The translations under genes and the position numbers were made by a program. The notes under the pieces were generated by a model. The model was not told the origin of the DNA, made no database searches, and saw only the letters and a program-made list of their open reading frames with translations. This document shows, one piece after another, positions 19,634-30,395 of a stretch of 64,000 nucleotides of DNA (the first letter of the stretch is position 1; every line of letters begins with the position of its first letter). Source of the DNA: a virus (Duplodnaviria; Caudoviricetes); IMG/VR virus record IMGVR_UViG_3300020450_000008; one strand, 5' to 3'.

Positions 19634-21187
19634 ATGGTTAACTTATCAGATTTAAGAAGACAATCGCTTGATCTTTTACCCAGTGCTGATTCAACAGTTA
19701 GTATAGGTTCTCCTAGTTTAAAATTTAAAGACCTATATCTTTCTGAAAATTCATTGCACTTAGGTGATAAACCTTTTAGTAAGAAAGATATTCTTGATTT
19801 TGATCTTGGCATAGAACCAGAAAACATGACTATTGCTGTCGACATGACTGGAGCGGGAGGTTCACCAGATTGGTTATGGTCATGGGACGTTACGTCAAAT
19901 CTTCCTTATGCCAGACAAAAAATTAGAAATGCCGCGCAGGCAGCCGGAGTTCCTTTATATAAACAAGGAACATATGTAGTTAAGAATTTTGGTGCTCATA
20001 GTCTTAATGGAAATATGACTCAAACACATAAGATATATTTAAAATGGATAGAAGGTGCGGGAACGCAAAATATTCCTTCATGGTCAGTATTTACACTAAT
20101 TGATTCAGATGAAACATTTGATCAAGTAAGAGGAGGAGTACCAACAGATGTCCAACGACTTAATATTTCAGTCCCTGCAGCCTTATCAATCCCTACTGCT
20201 GACTCTGGGCTTACTCCACCTACGGTTACTTATAACATTGGTGCTGCTGGCGGTCTTTACAAGTTTACAGGCATGGCGGGAACGGGAGACAACAGATCTA
20301 TAGGACCAGTTTATGTAGGAGGAACTTATACATTCGCAATGGACAGTACAACAGCGGGTCATCCGATATATCTAAGTACAGAATCAGATGGCGCGTGGTC
20401 AGCAGGAAATTATGCAGGCGAATATCTACACGGTGTTACCAACAGTAGAGCACAAGGGTCTGCTGGAACAACCGCAAATTTAGTATGGACAGTTCCAGAC
20501 AGCGCTGTAGGTCAAACATTTAAATATCGTTGTGGACAACACTCAACGATGAAAGGTAGCATTAGAGTCAAACCTTTACAAGTAGATTCTACAGGTGGAG
20601 GAGTACCAATTTTATTTTTTCAACATGATCAAGAAAAACACGCAGATAGTGCAGAGATAAGAGACATTCCAGGAGCTACCGCTCAGATGTGTATGACATT
20701 TGATGGATCTAAATTTGTTCCACAAGACATGAATGTTTATTTAAACAAAACACCTATAATGAGAGAAGCTGTTAAAGCCCAAGCAAAAGAACAAATAACA
20801 ACAGAAATAAGTACTGGTGCAGTGGCAACACCTACATCAGTTAAGGCAGCAACAACGTTTAATGCTAATTTATCTCAACAAGGTGATCTATCGATTATTG
20901 CAGGAACAGCAAAATGGTACGCCCCATTTAATGCTAAAGTATTTGAAGTTCTTCCAAGACTTGGAACCTCTGCTGATGGAGTAGTTACTATTCAAATACA
21001 ACAAAATGATTCAAATCAATTTGCGTTTGAAATACCTGCTAATCAAACGTCAAAATCATTTCTTGCTGATTCAGATGTATTTTCTATGGCAAGTGGAAAT
21101 TATCTAACAGTAGATGTTACATCAATAGGAACTTCTGCAAAAGGAAAAGATCTCGTAGTACAATTTAAGTATAGAGAATCAGGATAA
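19634..21187 (+). CDS. Tail fibre-like structural protein with cupredoxin-like domain
   Basis: N-terminal LLPSADSTVSIGSPSLKFKDLYLS fibre motif; AGHPIYLS...YRCGQHSTM copper-ligand pattern. Confidence 0.65.
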   Translation: MVNLSDLRRQSLDLLPSADSTVSIGSPSLKFKDLYLSENSLHLGDKPFSKKDILDFDLGIEPENMTIAVDMTGAGGSPDWLWSWDVTSNLPYARQKIRNAAQAAGVPLYKQGTYVVKNFGAHSLNGNMTQTHKIYLKWIEGAGTQNIPSWSVFTLIDSDETFDQVRGGVPTDVQRLNISVPAALSIPTADSGLTPPTVTYNIGAAGGLYKFTGMAGTGDNRSIGPVYVGGTYTFAMDSTTAGHPIYLSTESDGAWSAGNYAGEYLHGVTNSRAQGSAGTTANLVWTVPDSAVGQTFKYRCGQHSTMKGSIRVKPLQVDSTGGGVPILFFQHDQEKHADSAEIRDIPGATAQMCMTFDGSKFVPQDMNVYLNKTPIMREAVKAQAKEQITTEISTGAVATPTSVKAATTFNANLSQQGDLSIIAGTAKWYAPFNAKVFEVLPRLGTSADGVVTIQIQQNDSNQFAFEIPANQTSKSFLADSDVFSMASGNYLTVDVTSIGTSAKGKDLVVQFKYRESG

Positions 21188-21191
21188 ACTA

Positions 21192-21199
21192 TATAAATA
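21192..21199 (+). promoter_or_regulatory. T4 late promoter
   Basis: TATAAATA upstream of 21222. Confidence 0.7.
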
Positions 21200-21221
21200 T
21201 ACAGTAATAACGGAGATATAA

Positions 21222-21470
21222 ATGGCAACAAGTAAAGATTTTACGCTGAAAAAAGAACATTATGTAGATGAAAATGGAGCGTCTGTGTATGAGACTATTA
21301 ATTTAAAAGCAACTTTGACAGATGATGCCGCAATACATATACATGATTCTGATGGTAACTTATTACAAATTCAGCCAACAAAAAATGATGGAGGACTTGA
21401 TTCTGACTGGTCTAGCGTTGATCAGGGAATTGCTTATTATAGAATTGATAATAGCCACGTGGAAGGATAA
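21222..21470 (+). CDS. Small late protein (possible fibre chaperone or structural)
   Basis: Late promoter and SD GGAG; acidic 82 aa. Confidence 0.65.
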   Translation: MATSKDFTLKKEHYVDENGASVYETINLKATLTDDAAIHIHDSDGNLLQIQPTKNDGGLDSDWSSVDQGIAYYRIDNSHVEG

Positions 21471-21473
21471 TAA

Positions 21474-23267
21474 ATGGTTAAGATAAAAAATTATAACGGA
21501 AATGAAGGACATCCAGTTATCATGGAAGATCCACGACCAGGAGTTGATGGAATGTACTTCTGGGGACAGAAAGTAAATAAACAAACACTAGCTCCAGAAT
21601 TTGATAACGTGTTATCAGGTAATCCAATTGGAACTTCATTCGGTAAATTTCAAGATCAGATTGGAATGGGTAATACAAGTTCTGAAGATAAGCACAGAAG
21701 ATCAAGAATGATGCTTAGTAAAAATACCGTTAATGTTTCTGATCCACAAGGCACTAATGGTAACAGTTATTATGAAAATGTTGATCCCAACTCGTCATTC
21801 TTTATAGATGAAAATAATATGAAGGGAACCTACATTTATTATATAACAAGCGGTGGGGTAAAGTCTGTTGTCATGTTTTCTCAATATTATGGTGACATAA
21901 TGCATTCTCACAGGTGGGGTGCTCTTCAAGATACTCAATCACTTATGGACGGTTTACAAAATACTCCATCTACAGAACTTGGCAGTGATGATTGCAGGGG
22001 AGTGTATCCAGTAGGAGTTGAAAATGGTAGACTTGTAGGAATAGGAATGTATCATACCAGTGGATATCAGTATTGGTACCCATCATGGGCTTGGTTTTCA
22101 ATGGGTGCGGCATGGCCAGGTAGTTATGGTGGGGTTACTTGGAATACATCAAATGCAGGTAATAACTATAACTTTCATCATATTGGAACTGGTGCTGATG
22201 GTAAACATCGATGGATGAGAACTCATAAAAGTAATCTAGGTCATGTTTCAATATGGAAAACTGTTTGGTCAGGCACCACACCAACATTAACGCATGTATT
22301 AAACGAAAATTCAAATCCTAGTACTGGTGGAACTCACTACGGTGGTAACTTTAATAACGGTACACAAGGAGTTATATGGCCATCAAAGTTTTATACAGAT
22401 CCAAGAGATTCTAATAAGAAAGTTTGGTACCAACCATATTTTGATACAAACTCTCAGTTTCATCCACAGTTAATTACTTGGGATACATCAAGCGATACTT
22501 TTGCGAGAGAAACTGACATATCCTGTAACGTGTTAAGTCAAACTCATGTCGATTATTCAGGCTTGAATAGTTTAACTGGTTACTATCAATATATGGCAGT
22601 ATACAACGAAACATTCGTATCAGGTGGAAACAGATATCTTTCATTAATGACATTGGCAACTTACACAGTCACTGCGGCTGGATCGCCACAAAAGATCATC
22701 ACTTATGGTATCAACGCTTCAAATCCAAAGACGCTTACCTATCATAGCACTTTGGACGTAGGTGAAACAATATTAAATTGTGTTTGGTTAAATGATAGTA
22801 GAACTATGATGGGTCTGTTGCTATTAAACTCTGCAAAGATATACTCATGGAATAATACAAGTGGTTGGGGTCTTACCACAACTATCGGAGAGTTTTGTTA
22901 CGGAATGGGAAGAGATAGTTTAGATAGGATTTGGTATTCTACCAAGTCATCTAGATTTGGCGCATACAATATTGATCTTCATGTATTATCTCCAACGCTA
23001 CCTGTCACAATTACTGTTACACCAGAACTTGATAAGTACAGCTATGCAGGATCAACTATCAACTCGTATTTAAATATAAGCGCATTAAACGCTTCTGGTA
23101 ATAGAATTGCCGCTACAGTTAAAGTTGCAATTGAAGGAGCATCTATGAAGTTTAGCGATGATACCGTTGTCAAAGAAATAACTACTTCTTCAAGTGGTGA
23201 AACACAGCAGAATATAAAGGTTACGGGAGCAGGTTTTATTAACATTACTGCGAGTGTTGTAGTATAG
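21474..23267 (+). CDS. Virion structural protein (beta-rich)
   Basis: G/S/T/N/Y/W-rich ORF in the late operon; Ig-like C-terminus. Confidence 0.6.
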   Translation: MVKIKNYNGNEGHPVIMEDPRPGVDGMYFWGQKVNKQTLAPEFDNVLSGNPIGTSFGKFQDQIGMGNTSSEDKHRRSRMMLSKNTVNVSDPQGTNGNSYYENVDPNSSFFIDENNMKGTYIYYITSGGVKSVVMFSQYYGDIMHSHRWGALQDTQSLMDGLQNTPSTELGSDDCRGVYPVGVENGRLVGIGMYHTSGYQYWYPSWAWFSMGAAWPGSYGGVTWNTSNAGNNYNFHHIGTGADGKHRWMRTHKSNLGHVSIWKTVWSGTTPTLTHVLNENSNPSTGGTHYGGNFNNGTQGVIWPSKFYTDPRDSNKKVWYQPYFDTNSQFHPQLITWDTSSDTFARETDISCNVLSQTHVDYSGLNSLTGYYQYMAVYNETFVSGGNRYLSLMTLATYTVTAAGSPQKIITYGINASNPKTLTYHSTLDVGETILNCVWLNDSRTMMGLLLLNSAKIYSWNNTSGWGLTTTIGEFCYGMGRDSLDRIWYSTKSSRFGAYNIDLHVLSPTLPVTITVTPELDKYSYAGSTINSYLNISALNASGNRIAATVKVAIEGASMKFSDDTVVKEITTSSSGETQQNIKVTGAGFINITASVVV

Positions 23268-23276
23268 GAGGGTTGA

Positions 23277-24770
23277 ATGCCTTCACCATTTATAATTCAA
23301 AGAGTATTATCACTAAATCTTCAGAACATGGAAGACAGCGCTGGAAGTTTTCCTGGTAATCTTGAAGGTGCTAATCAACAAATTATAATTGGCAATGCTG
23401 ATTCATCATTCATCAATACGATGGATGTACCTTTATTAGTTGGAATGCCTCAAATTAGTCAAGAAGGATTAGATTCTTCTTACTTGAATAATTATTCAAA
23501 ATTAGGTGGTCAAGGAGAATCGATAAAGAAAATATCAATTGGTGATGCTTGGCACGATTCTGGCGCCGTTCTTTATGATAGTGCATCAGTTATTAACAAT
23601 CGTTTTTTAGATTCTGATGTAATTACAGAAAGATTGAATATAACTGCAATATCTACTAAAGGTGACTTGGATGCGGCTAGTCTAACAACATTCTCAACAA
23701 GCACGCACACTCCCTTACACAGAATGACTCTTGATGGACATTCAAGTGGTACTGTAGCCGATACGAGTAGTAGAAATTGGAATAGATCATTGTCTACTGC
23801 AACGATAGGAGGAAAGACCGCTGTCAATAGTAACGTAAGTTATAATTTTGGTTATCTTTCCGGATCAAATGTTAACTGGCCACAGTATTTTACATTGTTT
23901 GCTATTTACTATAATAAAAGCAATGCCGATGATTACTGGTACAATCATACTTCAAGTTCTCATTTCGTAAGGATAACTAATACTTCTACTTCTGGAACAA
24001 CAGCTGGCGATATTGCGGTTGGTGGTTCGAGTACTTATGTTATAACAGGCGCAAAAGTCCCAAAGGACGAATGGACAAGGATCATGATAACTGGTTCTGC
24101 TTCTTCTACATCTACAGGCGCGTATACAAGTTATAAAGTTTACGTCAATGGAGAAGAAGCTGGTTCTACAACTACAACAGGAATGGTTGGATATGCGCTG
24201 AAATCCGGAACTTCATATAACTTTGCATATTCAAGCTACACGACTGGATATTTCTTAGAATTAGGAGTCATATCATCTGTACTAACTAATTCTGAATTGT
24301 CAGAACTTGATGCCCATATGAGACATAGGTTAGATGGATCTACCGCAGCTTTTACTCATGGACTTTCGGATTCAGACAAAACACAGTTTACATACAGTGG
24401 AGATTCATCTTTAGCAGAAATGCCTATGTTCAATAATACAACTGCTGGGACACCACCATCATTTAAAACAATTAACGGAGGAACGAGTCTTAGAGACATT
24501 CGGATAACTAACGATGATACATTAAGAAGACAAACAGTTCCAGCCTTAATAAAAAAAATTATCGTAGATGATTCAGCTGCTTCAACATTTATTGATGAAA
24601 CACCTTTACAATTTGATGGAGATTCTGCAGTTATTAGAGGTAAGTCAAATGATCTTTTTCAAAGAATAACTACGCTAGATGCAAATAATGATCCTAGACT
24701 AGATATTGTTCCATCAGTTGATTCAGGTGATGGTGGTGGTGGAGTAGGTCCTATTCAAACTTGGTTTTAA
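23277..24770 (+). CDS. Virion structural protein with LamG-like domain
   Basis: KDEWTRIMIT, YKVYVNGEEAG, ELGVISSVLTNSEL LamG-like; many Asp-Ser motifs. Confidence 0.6.
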   Translation: MPSPFIIQRVLSLNLQNMEDSAGSFPGNLEGANQQIIIGNADSSFINTMDVPLLVGMPQISQEGLDSSYLNNYSKLGGQGESIKKISIGDAWHDSGAVLYDSASVINNRFLDSDVITERLNITAISTKGDLDAASLTTFSTSTHTPLHRMTLDGHSSGTVADTSSRNWNRSLSTATIGGKTAVNSNVSYNFGYLSGSNVNWPQYFTLFAIYYNKSNADDYWYNHTSSSHFVRITNTSTSGTTAGDIAVGGSSTYVITGAKVPKDEWTRIMITGSASSTSTGAYTSYKVYVNGEEAGSTTTTGMVGYALKSGTSYNFAYSSYTTGYFLELGVISSVLTNSELSELDAHMRHRLDGSTAAFTHGLSDSDKTQFTYSGDSSLAEMPMFNNTTAGTPPSFKTINGGTSLRDIRITNDDTLRRQTVPALIKKIIVDDSAASTFIDETPLQFDGDSAVIRGKSNDLFQRITTLDANNDPRLDIVPSVDSGDGGGGVGPIQTWF

Positions 24771-24777
24771 AAAACAG

Positions 24778-24806
24778 TTTACAAATCATATAAATTATGT
24801 TATAAT
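24778..24806 (+). promoter_or_regulatory. sigma70/T4 early-type promoter of the glycosylation cluster
   Basis: TTTACA-17 nt-TATAAT. Confidence 0.7.
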
Positions 24807-24823
24807 AGTAAAAAGGGTTTGTT

Positions 24824-25597
24824 ATGAAGCAATTGATATATCAAGTGTACGTTGGCAAAAGATCTAAACTTTACGATCATTGTACTAATTCAGTAAAAGA
24901 GTACTGCAAAAAGCATGGCATAGGTCATGTTATACAAAAATTTCCCATATTATCAATTAAACCTGACGTATTTGCTACTAATCGTAGCCGTGAGTCATAT
25001 GAAAAACATGGTGGATTTCTTCCAATATATGAAAAAGAAAATGCATTTGTGTATTTTAAAGATTATGATCAAATAGCAATAATAGATGCTGATGTTTGGA
25101 TAAGACCAGACTCTCCAAATATATTTGATGAATTAACTGAAGAATACGACTTTGGCGGAGTGGTTGAAAGATCTGCACCAATAGAACCATGGTATCAAGA
25201 TAAACTTCGTCAATATTCTAGAATGCAATTTACTAATATAAATGTTGACTGGAAATGGAATGATCTTGGCGCAGAGTTTATCAATATGGGTATAATGGTT
25301 ATGAATAAAAAGATGGAGAAATATCTTAATGGTCAAACTCCAGAACAATTTATTCGAAGATCAGAGTTTAAAGACTTTGTTGATGGTATTGGTAATTGGA
25401 AATGGTCAACAGATCAAGTTTTACTTAATACTTGGATAAAAAGAGAAAAAATGAATGTTAAAAACTTAGATTGGAAATGGAATGGTCTTTATACTGCTAA
25501 TAACAAAATTGATGAATGCCATTTTGTTCATTTCTTTTTAAAGGACAAACTTCCAAATAGAGGCGAAGATGTAGAAACTTTGATGAAAAATGTCTAG
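24824..25597 (+). CDS. Glycosyltransferase (GT-A fold, GT8/GT34-like)
   Basis: YDQIAIIDADVW DxD motif, FINMGIMV, DQVLLN, WNGLY, FVHF. Confidence 0.8.
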   Translation: MKQLIYQVYVGKRSKLYDHCTNSVKEYCKKHGIGHVIQKFPILSIKPDVFATNRSRESYEKHGGFLPIYEKENAFVYFKDYDQIAIIDADVWIRPDSPNIFDELTEEYDFGGVVERSAPIEPWYQDKLRQYSRMQFTNINVDWKWNDLGAEFINMGIMVMNKKMEKYLNGQTPEQFIRRSEFKDFVDGIGNWKWSTDQVLLNTWIKREKMNVKNLDWKWNGLYTANNKIDECHFVHFFLKDKLPNRGEDVETLMKNV

Positions 25598-26036
25598 AAA
25601 TCTTATTTCACATAGAGGTAATATTACTGGTCCTCAACCAACATTTGAAAATAAAATTAGATATATTAATAACGCATTGAAAAAAGGCTATGAAGTTGAG
25701 ATAGATGTTTGGTATGTTGATGGACAATGGTATCTTGGTCATGATGAACCACAAGAAAGAATCAATACAAGTTTTTTTCAAAGAAGAGGATTTTGGGTAC
25801 ATGCCAAAAGCATTGATGCATTTTTAAATTTACAAAAAATTTACGGAGTAAATTATTTTTTCCATCAAAAAGATGATTATACTTTAACAAGTATCGGTTG
25901 GTGTTGGGCTTATCCAGGTAAACAAGTCATACCAGGTTTCAATACAATTGCTGTTTTACCAGAGATATATAATACTGATGTAAAGAACTTTGCTGGCATA
26001 TGTTCTGATTTTATAGAAAATTATAAAGATGATTAA
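25590..26036 (+). CDS. Glycerophosphodiester phosphodiesterase-like (PLC-like) protein
   Basis: ISHRGN, ENKI..I..A...GYEVEIDVW, YLGHD, WVHAK, GICSD. Confidence 0.75.
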   Translation: MSRNLISHRGNITGPQPTFENKIRYINNALKKGYEVEIDVWYVDGQWYLGHDEPQERINTSFFQRRGFWVHAKSIDAFLNLQKIYGVNYFFHQKDDYTLTSIGWCWAYPGKQVIPGFNTIAVLPEIYNTDVKNFAGICSDFIENYKDD

Positions 26037-27381
26037 ATTAGTTTTATTTGATTTAGATGGCGTTTTAATAGATGCAAAAAAATTACACTATGATGCTTTA
26101 AACTTAGCACTCGGCAAAACCTATAGTATATCAGAAGAAGAACATACAAATATATATGATGGTCGAAAGACTCGAGAAAAGTTAGATATGCTCACCAAAC
26201 AAAAAGGTCTTCCAGCTGAGCTTCATGATCAGATATATGAAAAGAAACAAAATCTAACAATAAAATTAATATCTGATTTAAAACCTATTCCTGAAATAGT
26301 AAAACTTTTTAAAGAACTTGAATGGCAAGGATATAAGATTGGTGTATGTTCTAATTCTATAAGAAGAACCGTACTTACTGCACTAGCTAAAACAGAACTT
26401 ATGGAATATTGTAGCTTAACGCTATCAAATGAAGATGTAAAAAATTCAAAGCCACATCCAGAAATGTATTGGAAAGCAATGTCAATGATGGGTGCTTTGC
26501 CAGAAGAAACTCTTATTGTAGAAGATAGTCCACCCGGATTATTGTCAGCTCAAAGATCAAGAGCTAATTATGTTAGAGTTGATAATCCTTATGATGTAAC
26601 ATGCCGAAAAATATTTGCTAATTTGAAAGGAAAACAATTGAATAATAAATGGAAAGATGAAAAACTAAACGTATTGATTCCAATGGCAGGTGCTGGAAAA
26701 AGGTTTTCTGAAGTTGGTTATACTTTTCCAAAACCTCTAATACAAGTTCATGATAAACCTATGATACAAGTCGTCGTTGAAAACTTAGGCCTTGATGCAA
26801 ATTATCATTTTGTAGTTCAAAAAGAACATAGAGAGAAATATAATTTAGATACAATGCTTGGAATTATCGCACCAGGTTGTAAGGTCATAGAAGTTGATGG
26901 TATAACTGAAGGTGCAGCGTGTACGGCTTTATTAGCAAAAGAGTATATTAATAATGATATGCCTTTATTTTTTGCTAACAGCGATCAGTACTGTTCTTGG
27001 AACTCTATGGAATTCATGTATAATATGCAAGAAACTGAAGCCGATGGTGGAATAGTTACCTTTCATGCTACACATCCAAAATGGTCATTTGCCAAATCAG
27101 ATGCAAATGGCATCGTAACAGAAGTGGCAGAAAAAAATCCTATATCTACAGATGCAACGGTTGGATTTTACTATTGGAAACATGGATCTGATTTTGTAAA
27201 ATATGCAGAGCAAATGATTGAAAAGGATATTAGAGTAAATAATGAATTTTATGTATGCCCAGTTTATAATCAAGCAATTGAAGATGGAAAGGTAATAAGA
27301 ACAAAACAAATTCAAAGCATGTGGGGCCTTGGTACTCCAGAAGATTTAGAATACTTTTTAAAGCAAGGAGTAACAGTATGA
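26029..27381 (+). CDS. HAD phosphatase / nucleotidyltransferase fusion (BcbF/BcbE-like capsule biosynthesis protein)
   Basis: LFDLDGVL, SKPHPE, IVEDS (HAD) followed by LIPMAGAGKRF..GY..PKPLI, GAACT, ANSDQ, LGTPEDL. Confidence 0.85.
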   Translation: MIKLVLFDLDGVLIDAKKLHYDALNLALGKTYSISEEEHTNIYDGRKTREKLDMLTKQKGLPAELHDQIYEKKQNLTIKLISDLKPIPEIVKLFKELEWQGYKIGVCSNSIRRTVLTALAKTELMEYCSLTLSNEDVKNSKPHPEMYWKAMSMMGALPEETLIVEDSPPGLLSAQRSRANYVRVDNPYDVTCRKIFANLKGKQLNNKWKDEKLNVLIPMAGAGKRFSEVGYTFPKPLIQVHDKPMIQVVVENLGLDANYHFVVQKEHREKYNLDTMLGIIAPGCKVIEVDGITEGAACTALLAKEYINNDMPLFFANSDQYCSWNSMEFMYNMQETEADGGIVTFHATHPKWSFAKSDANGIVTEVAEKNPISTDATVGFYYWKHGSDFVKYAEQMIEKDIRVNNEFYVCPVYNQAIEDGKVIRTKQIQSMWGLGTPEDLEYFLKQGVTV

Positions 27382-28199
27382 GTAAATCATGCATAATGTC
27401 TCCTTTATATCATAGAGATCTAGATATTGGAGCAAATTTTATAAGACAATATAATAAACATTTTGATGACGATAATTTGTGGTTAATATTTTCTGATAAG
27501 CAAGAAACTTTTGATATGTATGAAAAAGTACGTGATGGTAATTTAAAATATAACGCTGCTGTTTGTACAGAAAAATTAGACGTATCTAAAAAACCTATAT
27601 CTCAAAAAAAGATATGGGGAGCAAAAGAAGTATTTTCAAATACTGATTGCAAATATGTTGGTGTTGTAGATATTGATTCTTTGTTTGTTGCACATAAAGA
27701 TTTAGATAAATTGTTTGAGGAAAGAGTAAATCGTAAAATAGTATATGCCAGTAGATCTACAAATCATAGTATTATTAATAACGTTGGTAGAGATATGGCT
27801 CAAAGATTCTTTAATAAAGAGGATGTAGAAAAATTAGATAAAATAACACATGGGTTTACACAATATTTTTGGTTTAATGATGTTCCAATATATGAAAGAG
27901 AAACCTTTTATGAATGGTTAAAATATATTGATTATGAGAATAAAAAAGATAGATTACTTTATACAACTTTTGATTATATGATTTATATGTACTATCTTTT
28001 AGTAACAGAACAATGGACACTTGAGGTAATACCAAATGCTGTTACTACTGACAAAGGTAGTTTTTTAGAAACTCAGCACATGCAAGATAAGAACAATTTT
28101 AAAAGAGTATTTGAGATGATGAAACCCATGTGGATAAAAGATCCTATTGAAGACGAATCTATGCCAGATGTTTTTATGAGAGTTCATGTAAATAGATGA
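27378..28199 (+). CDS. Putative glycosyltransferase-like protein
   Basis: YVGVVDIDSLF DxD motif; cluster context. Confidence 0.55.
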   Translation: MSKSCIMSPLYHRDLDIGANFIRQYNKHFDDDNLWLIFSDKQETFDMYEKVRDGNLKYNAAVCTEKLDVSKKPISQKKIWGAKEVFSNTDCKYVGVVDIDSLFVAHKDLDKLFEERVNRKIVYASRSTNHSIINNVGRDMAQRFFNKEDVEKLDKITHGFTQYFWFNDVPIYERETFYEWLKYIDYENKKDRLLYTTFDYMIYMYYLLVTEQWTLEVIPNAVTTDKGSFLETQHMQDKNNFKRVFEMMKPMWIKDPIEDESMPDVFMRVHVNR

Positions 28200-28957
28200 A
28201 AAATGTAATATTTCAGTTTTATGTTCCATTTAATGGAATTGGAAAGAATATATTAAAAGACCACTTTCCAGATAAGATGCCTGACTGGGCTCGATACAGT
28301 ACAGAATATTTTAGAGAATACGCAAAAAGACATAATGCAGATTATTATTTTTTTAATGAAAGGTTTGTAAACTCAACTTCAAATTTCTTTGAAATATGCA
28401 GACTATACAAAGATGAGCTTTTTGATAATTATGATAAGTTATTGTATTGCGATGTTGATGTCATGCCAAAAAATATGGATATGAATGTATTTGATATCGA
28501 TATTGTTGATGTTGCAGGTTGGTCTGAGTGGAGACATCCAGATGTTATAATGCCAATCAATTGGTCAGCTGGTGGAGGATTAGCACAAAGGTTTGCAGAT
28601 TTTGGAGCACCTATCGTAAATTCAAAGAATGGAATACGAATGATAAACTCTGGTGTTATGTTATGGAGTAAAGAAGCAAGACTTAAAGCAAGAGAAAACT
28701 TTATCGATCATGAAAAATATTTCCATCATAAAAATGCTTTACTAGATCCTATATGGACTCATCATGGTCATAGCTCACACTGTTTAGATCAGCCATTTTT
28801 AAATTGCAATTGGAACAAACTTAAATTTGATGTAAAAGAACTTGATATTATATGGAATAGATTTCCAACAAAAGATGAAAATAGAGAATGTGTCTTTGCT
28901 CATTACGTAGGAGAACATAGATTTAACATACCAAAGATGTTTAAGGAAATGAATTGA
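28196..28957 (+). CDS. Glycosyltransferase (GT8/GT34-like)
   Basis: YDKLLYCDVDV, INSGVML, DQPFLN, FAHY. Confidence 0.8.
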   Translation: MKNVIFQFYVPFNGIGKNILKDHFPDKMPDWARYSTEYFREYAKRHNADYYFFNERFVNSTSNFFEICRLYKDELFDNYDKLLYCDVDVMPKNMDMNVFDIDIVDVAGWSEWRHPDVIMPINWSAGGGLAQRFADFGAPIVNSKNGIRMINSGVMLWSKEARLKARENFIDHEKYFHHKNALLDPIWTHHGHSSHCLDQPFLNCNWNKLKFDVKELDIIWNRFPTKDENRECVFAHYVGEHRFNIPKMFKEMN

Positions 28958-29691
28958 GATCTGCTGTTTGTATATCAGGACTTCCAAGATCAGGTATTCC
29001 TTCTAGAGATTTAAGAATAAATTACAATAACTTGAAACAAAACTTTCCTGATTCTGATTTCTACCTATCAACATGGATAGGGCAAGAAGATGTCATGAAA
29101 AAACATTTTAATGATTTTAATGTATGGTATCAACCAGAACCTAAATTAGATTATCACCCTTTTGCAGATATGGAAATGACCTTTCATACGGCTAAACTTG
29201 AAAAAACAATAAAGCAAAGTAGAAATAACAAAACATTTAGAGAAACATCATCTCACCAAACAAAACAAATAATTGCACATGCTCGTTTATTGTCAAATAT
29301 AACTGAAAAATATGATGTAATAATAAGAACTCGTTTTGATACGTTTACTAGTCCTAAAGCCAATTTTAATATTTTTATAGAAGACTCTTTTAAAAATAAA
29401 AGAGCAATAGGATTTGCATGTTTAAAAGAAGACTGGCCAAATTTTCATAGTTTAAGAGAAATGGATCCAAAGACAGAATATGTCAAACATTTTCTCTTTG
29501 ATCAACTTATTATTCATCATATAGATAATATTAATGTAGCAAATATATATGAACTTTCTGAAAATAAAAAGTTATTTGCTGCTGAATTTGGTTGGTGGCA
29601 GGTTCTTTCACAAAATAGTGGAAGCAATCACAGATGTTTTTCTGGCTGGGCCAATCCAGACAAATCAGTTTTACCACATTTTTTAATATGA
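28954..29691 (+). CDS. Putative glycosyltransferase-like protein
   Basis: AVCISGLPR N-terminus, YDVIIRTRFD; typical of viral glyco clusters. Confidence 0.55.
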   Translation: MRSAVCISGLPRSGIPSRDLRINYNNLKQNFPDSDFYLSTWIGQEDVMKKHFNDFNVWYQPEPKLDYHPFADMEMTFHTAKLEKTIKQSRNNKTFRETSSHQTKQIIAHARLLSNITEKYDVIIRTRFDTFTSPKANFNIFIEDSFKNKRAIGFACLKEDWPNFHSLREMDPKTEYVKHFLFDQLIIHHIDNINVANIYELSENKKLFAAEFGWWQVLSQNSGSNHRCFSGWANPDKSVLPHFLI

Positions 29692-30395
29692 AAACAGCAA
29701 TATTTCAATACTACAAAGCAAAAGATAAAGTTCCTGACTCAGTAAGAATAGTTACGTCAAGGTTTAAGAAGTACGCAGATGCTATAGGTGCTGATTATAT
29801 TTTTGATGATGAGTGTAATAATACTGGAAATGTTTACTTTGAAAATTTAAGAGTTGTATATGATGAAATGTTTGATCAATATGATAAGATATTATATGCA
29901 GATACTGATATTGTAGTAGAAAATTTTGAAGAAAATATATTTGATGAAAACATAAAAGAAATAGGAATGGTTCCAGAGATAGTTTTAAGTGGAATGTGCG
30001 ATCTGCCTTTTCATACCTTTCCGCACATTGAATTAGAATATAGATCATGGGCATCACAATTTAGTATTCCAATATATAAACCAACATTAGGACCTGGATC
30101 TTACCTCATGCTTAACAGTGGAATTATTGTTTGGACTAAAAAAGGAAGAGAAAAAGCTAAAAAAAGATTTATGGATTGGCAGCAATGGCATAACACAGTG
30201 ACTCACAGACATTTGAAGTTAGACCAGCCATATATAAATGGACAGGTACAAAAGCACTTACAATATACAGAACTTCCATCTAAGTGGAACATGTATCCAA
30301 GAACTAGATTTAAATCTGGCTTAGAACCTAAAGAAATAAATTTTGTACATTACACAGGTGGTAAAAAAGAATGGATTGGAGATCTTTATGAATAA
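29688..30395 (+). CDS. Glycosyltransferase (GT8/GT34-like)
   Basis: YDKILYADTD, LNSGII, DQPYIN, FVHYTG. Confidence 0.8.
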   Translation: MKTAIFQYYKAKDKVPDSVRIVTSRFKKYADAIGADYIFDDECNNTGNVYFENLRVVYDEMFDQYDKILYADTDIVVENFEENIFDENIKEIGMVPEIVLSGMCDLPFHTFPHIELEYRSWASQFSIPIYKPTLGPGSYLMLNSGIIVWTKKGREKAKKRFMDWQQWHNTVTHRHLKLDQPYINGQVQKHLQYTELPSKWNMYPRTRFKSGLEPKEINFVHYTGGKKEWIGDLYE

